DNA of 64,000 nucleotides from Camelus ferus (lineage: Eukaryota): assembly GCF_009834535.1 (NCBI RefSeq), contig NC_045697.1:100442001-100506000 (forward strand), read 5' to 3'. The position numbers and the translations under genes are program-made. Under the pieces are notes generated by a model. The model worked only from the letters and a program-made list of their open reading frames with translations. It was not told where the DNA came from and searched no databases. Positions 38,860 to 51,210 of this stretch are shown in pieces; the stretch's first letter is position 1; each line of letters starts with the position of its first letter.

Positions 38860-41603
38860 CCATGCCTAACTCCATTCTTGCTGTCACGGCTGCCTTGTTC
38901 ATGTGCCCATTGGACAATGGCAGAGGGGGCTGGGGAAGGAAACTAACTGATGTCCATAGAAAGCGGCCATCCAATCCACCTGATTATTGAAATCTTCCTC
39001 TGTTAAGGTCATTCTTTGGTAAGCATCATGAGACACAAATATCGCCACATTCTATGCCTGTTCATAGAGATCTAGCCACATCCCTCTTACCCAGACCTCC
39101 TTGACCTCAATTTTCTTCCAAGTCCCTGACCTTCCAGCCAAACCATCGGCCAGATAGCCCATGGTTTGCTTGCTTCTAGGCAAGATGAATGACCAGATTC
39201 AGTACTCAAAAATCTGCCCACTGGGGGTGGTTTTCTCTTTACCACAATCCTGCAAAGGTGTCCCAGGACAGGGCTATAGGACCACCATAGCTGTCCTCTT
39301 TCAAGTGACTGCCTGTACATTGGACAGGACCATCAATCTATAAATCAAGCCTGGATTTTATTTTTTCCTTCAGTCAACTGGTCATAGGGAACTTCATATG
39401 AGCCACAGGTGTGTGTTGAGAGAAAAGAAGGCAAATAGTAGGACTAGGGCTTGTGTAACTTACTGATGCCTGCTGGGTCTGCTCTAGCCCAGGGGCATCT
39501 ATTCCACTCCCATTTTATGATGGAGGGCGTGCTCCACTTTGTGTCTTGGTGGGTTAGACCACACCCAGTTCATGACTGGCAGTTCAGATCACATGGTACC
39601 TTGGTGGCCCATGGTCATGTGACCACTCTCTATTAGAGCCCAATCACAAGCCCCAAGTTTGTCTCTCAAAAGGACACCGGTTATATACAAAGAGTGGTGC
39701 GGTCTTGCTTTAATCACTAAAGGTCTGTGCTGTATTTACTTCTAAGAGTCTGCCAAAGGCTCCATATAATGTCCTTATGTGCCACTAACACTTGAAGCAT
39801 CATCAAATCTGATAGGACATATAACTCACGTGGTGGAACAGCTTTTATGGAGGGGTAGACCTGTTGTAGAGCTTTCTTTTTTTTTTAGGGCCCTATTCAA
39901 AAGTGGCAGCTTTCAGGTCCCTTAGTAAATGGGTCAGAGTAGCATGCTCAGAGGGGATATATGTGGCCTCCAAAATCCCAAAAGGCCCACCAGATATTGT
40001 GTCTTTTTTCTTATGTTAGGAGGGGCCAGATGCAGCAACTTGTTTTTCATCCTGGAAGGAATTTCACTGATGTGGCAGACTCTCGAGTTCTTTTGGGATT
40101 TATTTCCTCCCCTTTGGCATGCAAATGTTTTAGCAATGTGTGAAGAGTGGTCACCACCTCCTGCTAAGCGGGCCCCATCAGCACCATTTCATCAATGTAA
40201 TGGACCAGCATGATTCCACTGGAATGAAAAGGCAATCAAGTTTCCTGCAGACTAAATTATGACAATGCTGAGAGCTGATAAGCCCTGAGATAGAACACGA
40301 AAATATATTGCTGGCCATGCCAGCTGAAAACAAACTACTTCTGATGGTCTTTACTAACAGGTATATATATTAAAAAAAAAAAAAAAATTTTGCCAGATCA
40401 ATATTTGGATAGCAGGTACCAGGGAATGTGTTGGTTTGCTCCAGCAATGAAACCACATTTGTAACAGCAGCTGCAATTGCTTGATAATGTTTATGATAAT
40501 CCACTGTCATTGTCTAAGATCCATCTGTCTTCTGCACAGGCCAACTGAGTGAATATGGAATCTTTGCATAGCGAGCTTACATTAATCAATTTAGTCTCAT
40601 TCATCTTTATAGTCCTTCCACCTTGATGCCACATTCTTGAGATATATTATCAAACATATCCCTCAAGCCTCTATCAATATAAATGGGCAAAAATCATGCA
40701 ATCTTTTGGTATGTATCACATCTCTACGTAATTCATACTTCGAATCTCATTTTTTGGGACCTCCTGACGTATGAGTCTAGAAACCAAGAGAGATAGTGGA
40801 AGTAGGTTACGAGGAGGGTAGGCTGTCCTGTGCAAGACATCTACCTCAGAGGAGGCCACTACAGTTTCCTCCATCAAGGAGAGACTGTCTTAGTATGGAA
40901 AGGCTACTTCTAATGACAAAGAAGTCTCTTCAAAATTTAGATTTATGGTTCAAGGTATGCAACTTCATTGCAATCTGCTCATAAGTTCCCATCCCAATTT
41001 TCAGTGTCCCTTTCCGTCCCAGTTAATGCCCTAACTTTAATAAGAGACCACATGACATCAGTTTGTGTTGTAAGTTAGTTATGTACAGATTACACATTGG
41101 ATATTGCTTTTAGAAAATGTATCCCTTGACTAAAATTTCTATAGGGTATAGACTCTAGAATGTAGGAGCTTCTTTTAGGGAAAACATAAAAGTTCTTAGA
41201 TATCTTACGTGAACTAGGAATTTAAAGCCCTGAGCTCTTCATTTTCTTTCCTTAAATTATTTAGCTCATTTGGAGGAAACCAACCGATCCCCATTATTCC
41301 TTTTTTTTTTTCATTAAAATGGTTGGTAACAAATAACTGATCATTAAAATGGTTGGTAACAAATAACCGATCATCATCCTGCCTCCTACAGGCTCTCAGC
41401 TGGTGATAATTTGAGTCAATGTTTTGCTGTAGCATACCATCGACTATCAGTGTCCTCTTCAACACTGGAAATAGGGCCATTAATTTTTTATATATATAAT
41501 TGGATTAGGGAATCAATTCCAGAAAACTCAGAAAAAATGAACCAATTCATATAACTCATTCTTAAGATTCTGCTTTTCTGGTAGCACTCTTGGCACCAGA
41601 TTC
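38860..41603 (-). mobile_element. Decayed ERV-L internal region (gag/pol remnants), 3'-truncated
   Basis: Minus-strand translations resemble ERV-L Pol: WPVQKTDGS*TMTVDYHK (~40490-40545), FSWHGQQYIF (~40300-40330), LVHYIDEMVLMG (YIDE at 40188-40199), TMGHQGTM*SELPVMNWVWSNPPRHKV (~39535-39615). Gag-like LRKENEELRALNS (~41217-41255). Stops and frameshifts present. Confidence 0.9.
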
Positions 41604-42222
41604 TGTGTCAGTTAGGGTTACATTGAAGAGGCATGTTATATACAAATTTGACTTTACACAGTTATGGGATCTACTTAAGTCATAGACATAAGATTTTTGC
41701 TTTTGTCTGGTGCTGGAATTTGAAATCTTCAGAGCAGGTCATAGAAAAATGTCAGTAAGGAGAGATGTCTGTAAAGCAGGGAAGAACAAGATCTGGAACC
41801 CACAGCAAGAGCTGGAACTTGAGAGGATGGCCTGGAACCCAAGTCAGTTCTTGTTGCCTCCAGCCTTATGATGTGGGTGTCCTGCAGGAGAAGCTGACAG
41901 TTTTCATCATGGAGCTAAACACAGCTGGCCCAGGAGCTGGAGAAGCTGAAGGAGGAGTCAAGTGAAAATAGACACAGTTGCACTCTTGACTATTACCCTA
42001 TGCCAGTGCAGTTAGCCCACAGTCAGGCAGAGTGCATCAGGACAAAAGAGCCCATCCTAACCTTCCAAGCAAAGAAACAAAATGTTTCACTGTTTCACTT
42101 CCACCTTTCAAAGGTCATGCAAAAATATTTTCTGTGTCCTACCCTAACTGGAAACACAGAGAATGTCCTTCTGGGAAACATAGTTCAGGGTGACCAAGTT
42201 GACACATTACAAAGTCACCACA
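41604..42222 (-). mobile_element. ERV-L 5' LTR (MLT2-like)
   Basis: The minus strand starts 'tgtggtgactttgtaatgtgtcaacttgg' (MLT2-type) and ends '...tgacaca'. It is followed by PBS-like 'gaatctggtgccaagagt' (41586-41603). Confidence 0.82.
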
Positions 42223-42530
42223 CAGACTAAAGAAAGAACCCATATGGTCATCTCAAATGTCAAATAAGTATTTGACAAAATTCCACATTCATGCATTTAA
42301 AAAACCCTTATTAAACTAGGAACAGGAAGAAATGACCTCTCGCTGACAAAGGGCATCCACAGTTTTCTCTCCCTATGTGAAGAGCAAGGCAAGGCTATGT
42401 GCTGTTACTGTTCCTATTTAACATCATACTGGGGGTACTGGCCAATATAATAAGGCAAGAAAAAAAAATAACATGTATACAGACTAGAAAAGAAGAAATA
42501 AAACTGTTTTCACAGAATGCATGACCTTAT
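42223..42530 (+). mobile_element. Old L1 ORF2 (RT region) fragment
   Basis: 'catatggtcatctcaa...tttgacaaaattcc...tcctatttaacatcatactgg...aataaggcaagaaaaa...gaagaaataaaactgttttcacaga'. Confidence 0.8.
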
Positions 42531-43427
42531 GTATCTGTCTAGAGATAATAATTAGAGTATTAAAAATAAGCATAGCACAAGTGCTGACCCATCAGTATAG
42601 ACATGGGCCATAGCTCTAGACTAGGGTCTGTAATCCCTTGCCTCCAAGTGAGGGATTAATTTTTATTTGCTGGATTATGAGGAGGTGAAAGAGGGACCGG
42701 GCAGTCTTGGTGGCATGGAGGTGTGCAGAGGCTTGGGGTAGTAGCTATTTAAAAACAGGAATAGCCAGACTGGTGTCTATGATGCTGTGCTTCGGGTGAT
42801 TCTCTTATTTTCCCTTTCTTCTTTCTGTGTCCGCAGAACCAAACTACTGCACAGAGATCTTACATAGGCAATTAAAGTTTATCAAAAAAAAAAAAAAGTA
42901 GAAGATAAAAGAAAATTCCCATTGAATATTTCTGGTCTTAGTTGGAGGATATGCCCTACCTCTAAGAATCTAGTGGAATATCTGCATCAAAGTGACCATG
43001 CAACATAGGAAGTGTGAAAGAATCTAAAATGATGAAGTGCTTGGGTCTGACGAGTTTGGTTCTAGGTCTCAAAAAGAGGATGTATGAAGCAGAAAAGAAG
43101 CATAATTAAAACCATCTATTTCAGGGACTCTCTGACAGCAGTGTTGGATGAATTAGAGTGGAATGAGACCTGGGTCAAAGTAATTACTTCCAAGGAATCA
43201 GGATGAAGATAGTTCTGACAGGAGAAAACAGTGCCAGAATCTGGAATCTATCCATTCTTGATTCTGGAAAGAGTGTACTGTATCTCTTTCCCTATATTCC
43301 ACCCCGCAGCCACCTAGAGTTTAAATATCTCTTCTTCGTGGCATCTCCAGCCTTCTTTGGAACATCCACAGAGCTAGAGAAGGAGCAGGGTTATGGGTCA
43401 GCACAACTCTCAGCAAAACCATGAAAA

Positions 43428-43580
43428 TTCTGCTGTATAGCACATGGAGCTATAATCAATAGCTTGTAATAACCTATATTGAAAGAGAATATGAAAAAGA
43501 ATATATATGTCATTGAATCACTTTGCTGTACACATGAAACTAACACAACATTGTAAATCAACTATACTTCAATAAAAAAA
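43428..43580 (+). mobile_element. L1 3' end (cetartiodactyl-type), short
   Basis: 'ctgctgtatagcacatggagc...gaatcactttgctgtacac...aacattgtaaatcaactatacttcaataaaaaaa'. Confidence 0.88.
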
Positions 43581-43655
43581 GAAATAGTACCTAGTGTATT
43601 ACAGTTGTTAAAGACAGACTTACTGCATAAATGATAAATAAATAAAATAAAACAT

Positions 43656-44070
43656 GAATCTAGGGAGCATTATGCTAAGTGAAATAAATCAGACTGAGAA
43701 AAACAAATAAGCATGATCTCACTTATATGTGGAATCTAAAAAATGAAACAAACAAAACTAAACAAACACAGATGCATAGATACAGAGAATAAATGGTAGC
43801 CAAAAGGAAGGCGAGTGGGTGAAATAGGTGAAGGAGATTAAGAGGTACAAACCTCTAGTTATATAATAAATAAGTCACAAGGATGTAATATACAGTATAA
43901 AGAATATTGTCAACAATATTGTAATAACTTTATATTGGGACAGATGGTTATTAGATTTTTCAATGTGATCATTTCATAGTGTATGCAAATGTCAAATCAT
44001 TATGTAGTACATCTGAAACTAATATAATATTGTATGTCAACTATATTTCAATAAAAAATAAATTAAAAAG
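43656..44070 (+). mobile_element. L1 3' UTR (L1MA9-like lineage)
   Basis: 'cattatgctaagtgaaataaatcagac...gatctcacttatatgtggaatctaaa...aagaggtacaaacctctagttat...tgaaactaatataatattgtatgtcaactatatttcaataaaa'. Confidence 0.88.
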
Positions 44071-44825
44071 AACATACAATGAAAAGGAATATAGAAGACC
44101 AAGTTGAAATTTAATAATGGAATTGCAGTCTTTTAATCATTTTTTACAAACAGAACCTGCTTATGGAGTGTTTTGCTGTACAGGGAAGTAGAAATCTCAA
44201 CTGTGAAGATTAAAACTCAAGATCATAATTCCTTAGGGAGGTAGGGATTTGTTTTAAAGACAGTCTCTTTTAATGAAAACAGATTTTTAAAATCTGATAT
44301 ATTCTTATGCCTCTGAATGGTTTCTGGATGAGTCATAAAGCCAAGACAAGACATCCTGAGAGGTCAAGTTTTGGAAAATCCTCAAAGTACAAAAACCACA
44401 AAAGCAAAAAGCAAAATTTCATAATGAAATCTCTATTTCTCTTTCATCTTCCTGGGCCTGGATAATGTAAAGTTTTATGACTTGGATTTTTTTTTAAAGT
44501 TTGGATCATGAAACTGAATCAAGTATAAAACCACTAAAATATTTTATTAGTTATGAAGTTTTGCTCTGACTACTATAAGACTTATTAAGTCACTCAAATT
44601 TTAAGACACTGGGACACTCACTTTCGTGGATGGTTGATTATCTCAAAAAGTTTTACCCTGGCAGAATGGGTTTTATTATTTCAAAGTAAAAAGTTATGCT
44701 GTTTTCTGTTTGTGTCAGTAATGCACACAGGATAGTACTAATAATTTCTAGCTGTGACGTTAAAAACTATTAATATAAGTAGTAATAATACAGGAAGAAT
44801 CTTGTTACAACAGAGAGGGTTAATA

Positions 44826-47720
44826 CTCATTCTTACTTCTGCTTATTCTATGTTTATTTTTTTTTTCTGATTTTTCTAGTTTGGGTGAAAACTGAGATTG
44901 TTTTTAAAACCTGTTGTTATTTTTCATGTAAGCATTAGTTCTATAAATGTTTCTCAAAGCACTGTTTTAGCTGTCTCACATAAATTTGATGTATTTTATT
45001 TTCATTTTTATTCACCTCCAAAATTTTTCTAATTCCTTTGAAACTTCTGCTTTTATCCATTAGCCATTTAGAAGTGTGTTTTAAAATTTCCAAATATATG
45101 GGGCATTTTATTAGCATCTATTTTTGATATTTAGCTTAATTCTTTTTGTTCAGAAAACATATTTTGTATTATTTCAATTGTTTTAAATTTGTTAAGATTT
45201 TATTTTTGTGTGTGTTTCTTTTTTGCTTTTTTTTTTATAGTGCCAGGATGTAGTTAATGTTGTTGAATATCCAGTTGCAATAGAAACCTATGTACGTTAT
45301 GTTGTCATTAGGTAGAATGTTCTATACATATCAAATAGGTCAAGTTGATCCATAGTGTTGTTCAGGTTTTCTACATCGTCACTGACTTTTTGTCTACTTG
45401 TTCTAACAATTATAGAGAAAGGAATACTGATGTCTCCAATTATACTTATATATGATCTTAGCCAAAGATTGAGAAGCAATTCCAACTACAATTGTGGATT
45501 TTTCTTATCTCTTTTACCATTTTGATCAGTTTTTACTTATGTATTTGGAAGCTCCACTTTTTTGGTGCATACACATATAGAATCATATGTCTTCAAGATG
45601 TACTGACACTTTTATCATTATGATAACCTCTCAGTATTCCTTTATTCCTGGTAAATTTCTTTGCTCTGAAGTTAATACTGTCTGATATTAATACATGGAT
45701 TAGTGTTGGTATGGTATCTATTTTCCTTTTTTTTTTTTTGTATTTTAGCCTACATATAAATATACAAAATTATAATTACATGTGCTTTCTATACTCAACA
45801 TATAATTGGGTCTTACATTTTTATGTAATCTGATAATCTCTGCCTTTTAATTGATGTTTCTGCCTTTTACATGTTATACAATTATTGCTAAAATCAAATT
45901 TAGGTTTTAACATTTTTATTATTTGTATTCTGTGTTCCCTCATTGTTTTATGTTCCTCTCTTCCCCCTCTCTTGCATTCTTTTGGATTATTTGAATATCG
46001 GCTATATTCTATCTTAATCAATATCTTGGATTTCTGGCTAAATCTCGTATTTTTTTGGAGCTGCTCTATGGTTTTTCACAGTCTACTAAGAGTTAACATT
46101 TTGCCACCTCTAATAAAATGCAGAATTTAAAAAATCATTTTAGGTCATTTTTCCTTCCTACTTTTGTTGTAGTTCTTATATATCATAATATTTAAACATT
46201 AAAAACTCACCCAGACAGTGTTATAAATCTTGTTTTTAACACTCACAATCATATTTAAAATATTTAGGAGGATAAAAGCAGCCTATTATATTTACTCAGA
46301 TATTTGCCATTTCTGTTACTCCTCTTTCAGTCCTGAATCTCTGCATTTCCCAGAGGCATCGTTGTCCTTCAGCCTGAAGAACAGTTTTTTAGCCTTCTTT
46401 TTACAGCAGGCCTGCTGGCCATTAATTCTCTTAGTTTCTTTTATCTTCAGTCTGTTTTTTTCCATTCTTTTGGCTATAGAGCCAATCCAATAAAATTTTA
46501 TTTCAGATGTTGTAGTTTTGATTTCGCAAATTTTCATTTGCTACTTTCACTCATATTTCTCTGAAGAAATCTTCTATTTTTCCATTCATTTCAATAGTAT
46601 TTAGCTTGGTAGTAACAGCTGTTTTTAAAGTGTTGATAATTCGAACACATTGTGTTGTCTTGGTGTTAGCATCTGTTAATTTTCTTTCTCTGTGAGAGTT
46701 GGTCGTGTTTTCATGGTTCTGTGTACAGCAGGTGATTTTGGATTATAACCCTGGGCGCTTTGAATATTACACTGTGAGACTTTGGTTTGTTAACATCCTT
46801 TGGACACTGTTGATCTTTTGTCTTAGTAGACAAACATACCATCTTGGTTCTGATCTCAAGTTCTAGCTCTCCTTTAGTGTATGATGGTCTCAACATGTGT
46901 TCAGTTCTCAAAGTTGTTGTTACACTGGGTCAGCCTCATGCCTGAGCTACTTGGGGCTTAGTCTGGGACTTGGGAAGTGCTTCATAGAGTAGTTCAGATC
47001 TCAAAGCTTTTGTTACGCTGTTCTTAGTCTGTTCTGCACATGCATCTCTCAGGGGTTAGTCTAGGACTTGGGTGGTGGCTTATATTGTAGCTCAGTTCTC
47101 CAAGCCTTTCCTGCACTCTTTTGGATCTGTTCTGCACATGTGTAGATTGGCAGTGAGCCCTGGATTGAGTTGACTCATGCACCAGAATTCTCTCTACTCC
47201 AGGATTTCCCACCCCCTTCTTTAGTTTACAGAGGTCCTTTTTTCTTGATTCTTCTGGCCAAATATACAGGTTTTCCCTTTGAATTTCCAGTTTTTGTATT
47301 GGTGGTGTTTCTGCTGCCTCATTACATCTCCATGACTGGGGCTGGTCTTAGGGCAGTACCAAGAAGGAAAAAAGATGTTAAGAAGAAAAGAAAAAGGAAA
47401 AGCAGGAATTATCTTCTCTTCCCTACATGCTGGCTCCATAGGCATCCCCTTTCCCAATCTTCTGATCAGCAAAACCAGAGTTCTTCAGGAGTTTGTGCAG
47501 ATTTAGGACTTGAGTCATTCACTGTACAAGAGGACATAAAAGAGGAAAATGATCAGAACACTTAATACTGTACTTTTCTTTCTTCAAAATTTTACTTCCA
47601 AGCCACCTACCATTCTTTGCTTCTTTGAGTCCTTCATAGTCACTTTTTGTGTTCTTTCTAGAATTTTTGGCTATATTCTATGGAAGAGAGAAATTGTAGT
47701 TGGCTCATCCGCCCTTTGCT
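44826..47720 (-). mobile_element. Large old L1M fragment (ORF2 endonuclease region to ORF1/5' UTR), decayed
   Basis: T-rich. The minus ORF 45297-45485 contains the endonuclease-like 'IIGDISIPFSIIVRTSRQKVSDDVENLNNTMDQLDLFDMYRTFY'. Monomer-like repeats near 46900-47170. Confidence 0.82.
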
Positions 47721-47739
47721 GACCCAAGAAGTTAAAAGT

Positions 47740-47895
47740 TTTTGAGATTTATTCATGGTGCTAAATATAACACTACTCTTGTTTCTTTTCATTGCTGCAT
47801 AATATTACATTGCATGACTACACAAACATTTGTTTATCCATTTATGCCTTGATGGACATTAGTGTTGTTTCCAGTTTGGGCCTGTTAGGAACAGT
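47740..47895 (-). mobile_element. L1ME-type 3' fragment
   Basis: 'gagatttattcatggtg...ttcattgctgcataatattacattgcatg...tttgtttatccatt...gatggacattagtgttgtttccagtttggg'. Confidence 0.7.
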
Positions 47896-49863
47896 TTGTT
47901 GTGTTCCTGATTATAGAGGAAAACATATATGTCATGTATATGCTCTTTATTATCTTTATGTGACCTAATACTTTACTTACGTAAAGTGCTTTAGAATCAT
48001 TCTTGTTTGATTAGGCGTTAATTTGCTGAGTAAGGGGAAATCTCCATGTTTCGAGCCTTAAAGAAAGGAACATAATATTGAGATAAACTTGCAGGAGGAT
48101 TATGTGCTCCATCTGCCTTTGTGGCATATCAGTGATAAAGTGCTCTAGTCACTGTGTTCTGGCCCCTTGATAGTTTTGAGAGTAATTTAACTTCGCCTCT
48201 GGGAGATTCTGAGAATAAAAATGTCACATCTGTATTTTATAAGTTGATTAATACTGAAAATCTGTACAGCAGTTTAGTTAATTACCATTGTTAAGCATGA
48301 CTATTAACTCTTTGTGATTTATGCAGAAATATTAATCTTATTATAGAATGTTTGGGCAGAAATTCTAAATCTTATAAAAAATAAATGATGCACTTTTTTT
48401 TCATTTGAGCTACCTCTTTCTATTTCATTACTTCCAAAATTTAAATATTGCAGGGTACAAAATCCATTTTATGGTGCAAAATTAACTAATTAATTAATAA
48501 AACAAAGTTTGGAATGTTATTATATAGTCAAATTTCAAAGAATGCTTTTGTTCTGTATTTTAACAGAGATCTGAAATCCAATTCTGATTTAAATTTAATT
48601 CAGGCAGGGGAATTTAAAAGAAAAAAGAAGGAAGGTAAACTGATAGGATAGGGCAGATAATCTCAGGCTTACAGGATGAGAGATCAGTTGGAAGAAGTAA
48701 CCTGCAAGAAAAAATGAGAGCGACAGAGAGAAATTCTGCCAGTTCTTATTTTGCAATTTTCCTTTCATCTGCCTCTTTTATCTTCAATAGCACTGTTTTC
48801 GTCCAATCTCAAATGCTTACTGCTTCTATGTGGGAGCACAAGAAGAAGTTCAGAGCTTTATCTGTCCGCAGTCCCTCTGCAAAACCTACCACCTAGTGTA
48901 ATCCCAATATGAAAAACTCCCTGTAACTACTTTTTGCCTATAAAATAAACTCAAATCTGCTCTGATCAGTTCTGTCCAATTTTCTCTCTCACAATTCCAA
49001 ATGTTAAAGTGTATTACCAGCCAGGTCTGTGCCCCCATCCCTTTGCATACATTATTATACTCACTTCAGAACTCCCAGCGTCCTTCATATGGATTGATTG
49101 CCCAGATCTGTCCCATCTTGATTTCCCTCCTCTATGAGCAATTTTGGCATGTAACTATATATCATCTTACATTGGAGTTTATTTGTTGTTATTTTTTTGT
49201 TTTGATTTTTTCCACTCAAGTGGAAGGTATCATGTTTTACATTTCTTGTCATAGTGCTTAGCCCAGCGTATTCACCCTGAGTCTGGGGTAGAGATTTAGC
49301 TCTGGTATGTCCTGTGGCTGCGGAGAATCCTTCCCAAGATACCTAGCAAGGCAGGAGGATTAGGAAGCATGAGCTCCCCAGGCCTGATCTTCAAGGTTTA
49401 ATTAACCCCAAGAGCAGAGTTCTATGAACCTGGGAAAATTAACAGATGGAGATTTCAGGAGACACTGTCTCAGTCTTCACTAGTTCTAGGCTAGAGCTGC
49501 ATTAAATTCTTTTTGGAGTAAGTCAATAGAAACAAAAGAAGAAAGGAAAGTGGAAGGAAGTAAGACAGGAAGGAAAGAAGATCCTACCTTGTATTTTGTA
49601 GGGTTGGTAAGGAACCCCTGAGTGTTCCCTGGAAGTCATTTCTTTTTACTAGGATTCCTTTAGACGAGTCTAAAATGAATTCAAACTATGTATCTAGCAA
49701 GGAACTCTAGTCTAGTCTTGCTTATACTGAAAATCTCATGATAAAGGTCAATCTGATGCTTATATTAGGTCTGTGAGAAGATGAATTAATTACTATATGA
49801 ATTCATATCCTGCCTTAACACATTAAAGTAACTTTAAAAGATGTATTAAATACAGCAAATTAA

Positions 49864-49902
49864 AATCGACTACACTTCAATTAAAATAAGAATTAAAAAG
49901 AG
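49864..49902 (+). mobile_element. Extremely 5'-truncated L1 insertion (39 bp)
   Basis: 'aatcgactacacttcaatt' resembles the L1 terminus (compare 'aatcaactatacttcaata' near 43556-43574), followed by a decayed A tail. 13-bp perfect TSD tacagcaaattaa (49851-49863, 49903-49915). Confidence 0.8.
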
Positions 49903-50329
49903 TACAGCAAATTAACAAATTAGAATCAATTAGAAAAATATGGTAGAAGAAAAGAAGAGGTAAATATCCCTCTGTAAAGTACCAAAGCGGTCCTCTGACT
50001 CTCACACTTAACCTTCAACTGTTTTGAAGAGCCCCTGTGTCTCTTTATCCCTCTGCAGGGCATCAGCACAGCCTAGCGATAACCAGCAATAGCTCCACAG
50101 CCTTTGAAAGCATTGCTCCCCCATATCTTGCAAATGACTGAAAAATCATGCCGGCAGGGGCATTTCCCTTCAAAAGCGTATTTTTGCAGATTACAGCCAG
50201 AAGTTGGGCTGCCACCTTGTGTCAAAAATCACTGAGCCTAAATACTACTCAGGAGAGAGTCTTTGTTGCCAGGCCAGTCTGCAAACTCCTTTTTACCACC
50301 TACTTCTCAGACCATTTTCAATCCCACCT

Positions 50330-50710
50330 TTATCAGTTTCTCCTCTGAGAGCCAAACACCCAAGACAGGATTAGACATCCAAGAGATTTATTGAAGAAAT
50401 GCCTGTGACAGTTAAGGGGCAGACATAGGCAGGCAGGAACTCCAGATTGAAAAGCAGGATCTGATACCCATGGAAAGAGACAGGGGAGAGAACAGAGGGT
50501 CAGGTGGGAAGAGTCTCAGACTGAGACAGTGTTTGAAGAAAGTTTTGTACAAGCTGAAGGGTATACCTGGAGCCAAAGCTGACCATTAGAAAAGTCCCCC
50601 ATGTCTGCAACCTGCGTCTCTATTAGTACCCCCATCATGCAGCCTGGGGGAAGCGTGGCCTCAGCAGGAATGGGTGGTGTATCGGAAGAGTGGCAGTTGT
50701 GTCCCCATGT
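50330..50710 (-). mobile_element. ERVL solo LTR, LTR16-like
   Basis: 'caagagatttattgaagaaatgcctgtga...ggaagagtctcagactg...gagccaaagctgaccattaga...tagtacccccatcatgc...ggggaagcgtggcctcagc'. Confidence 0.8.
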
Positions 50711-51210
50711 AGAGTGTTTCCAAGGCCCCCATGGGTGGTGAGACCTGGCTTATGAGGTATGTCATCTCTGGCCTAGAGTCTCCTGTATTGGAATGTTTGG
50801 TGACACTTGAACGGTCAGGATAATGCAAGTTTGTGTATTGTTTTATAGTTTCTTACAAATTGGTTATTATTATCTTTTGTAGCTCAGTTAAAATACAACA
50901 TTGAATGGTGATGTCAAGTATGTCTGTGTATTGCCAACAGATTATCTTGGGCAAGACATAAGCCATTTTATAAAATTTTTTTAACTTAAAAATTTTAAAA
51001 TTTAAATAAAAAATGAATTAGTCAAAAAAAATAGACACAAGCCATTTTAGAGCTCAACATGTCTCCAAGATCTTGGATGGGTCATATAGAGAACCAGGAC
51101 TTGGGGGGTTAGGCACTGGGGAGGAAAGGCAAGCAGTGCATGTCAAAAGAACATGTATTAATGGAACAACGAAAATGATAAAAGAGTCTTTTTAAAAAGA
51201 GGAAATTATA

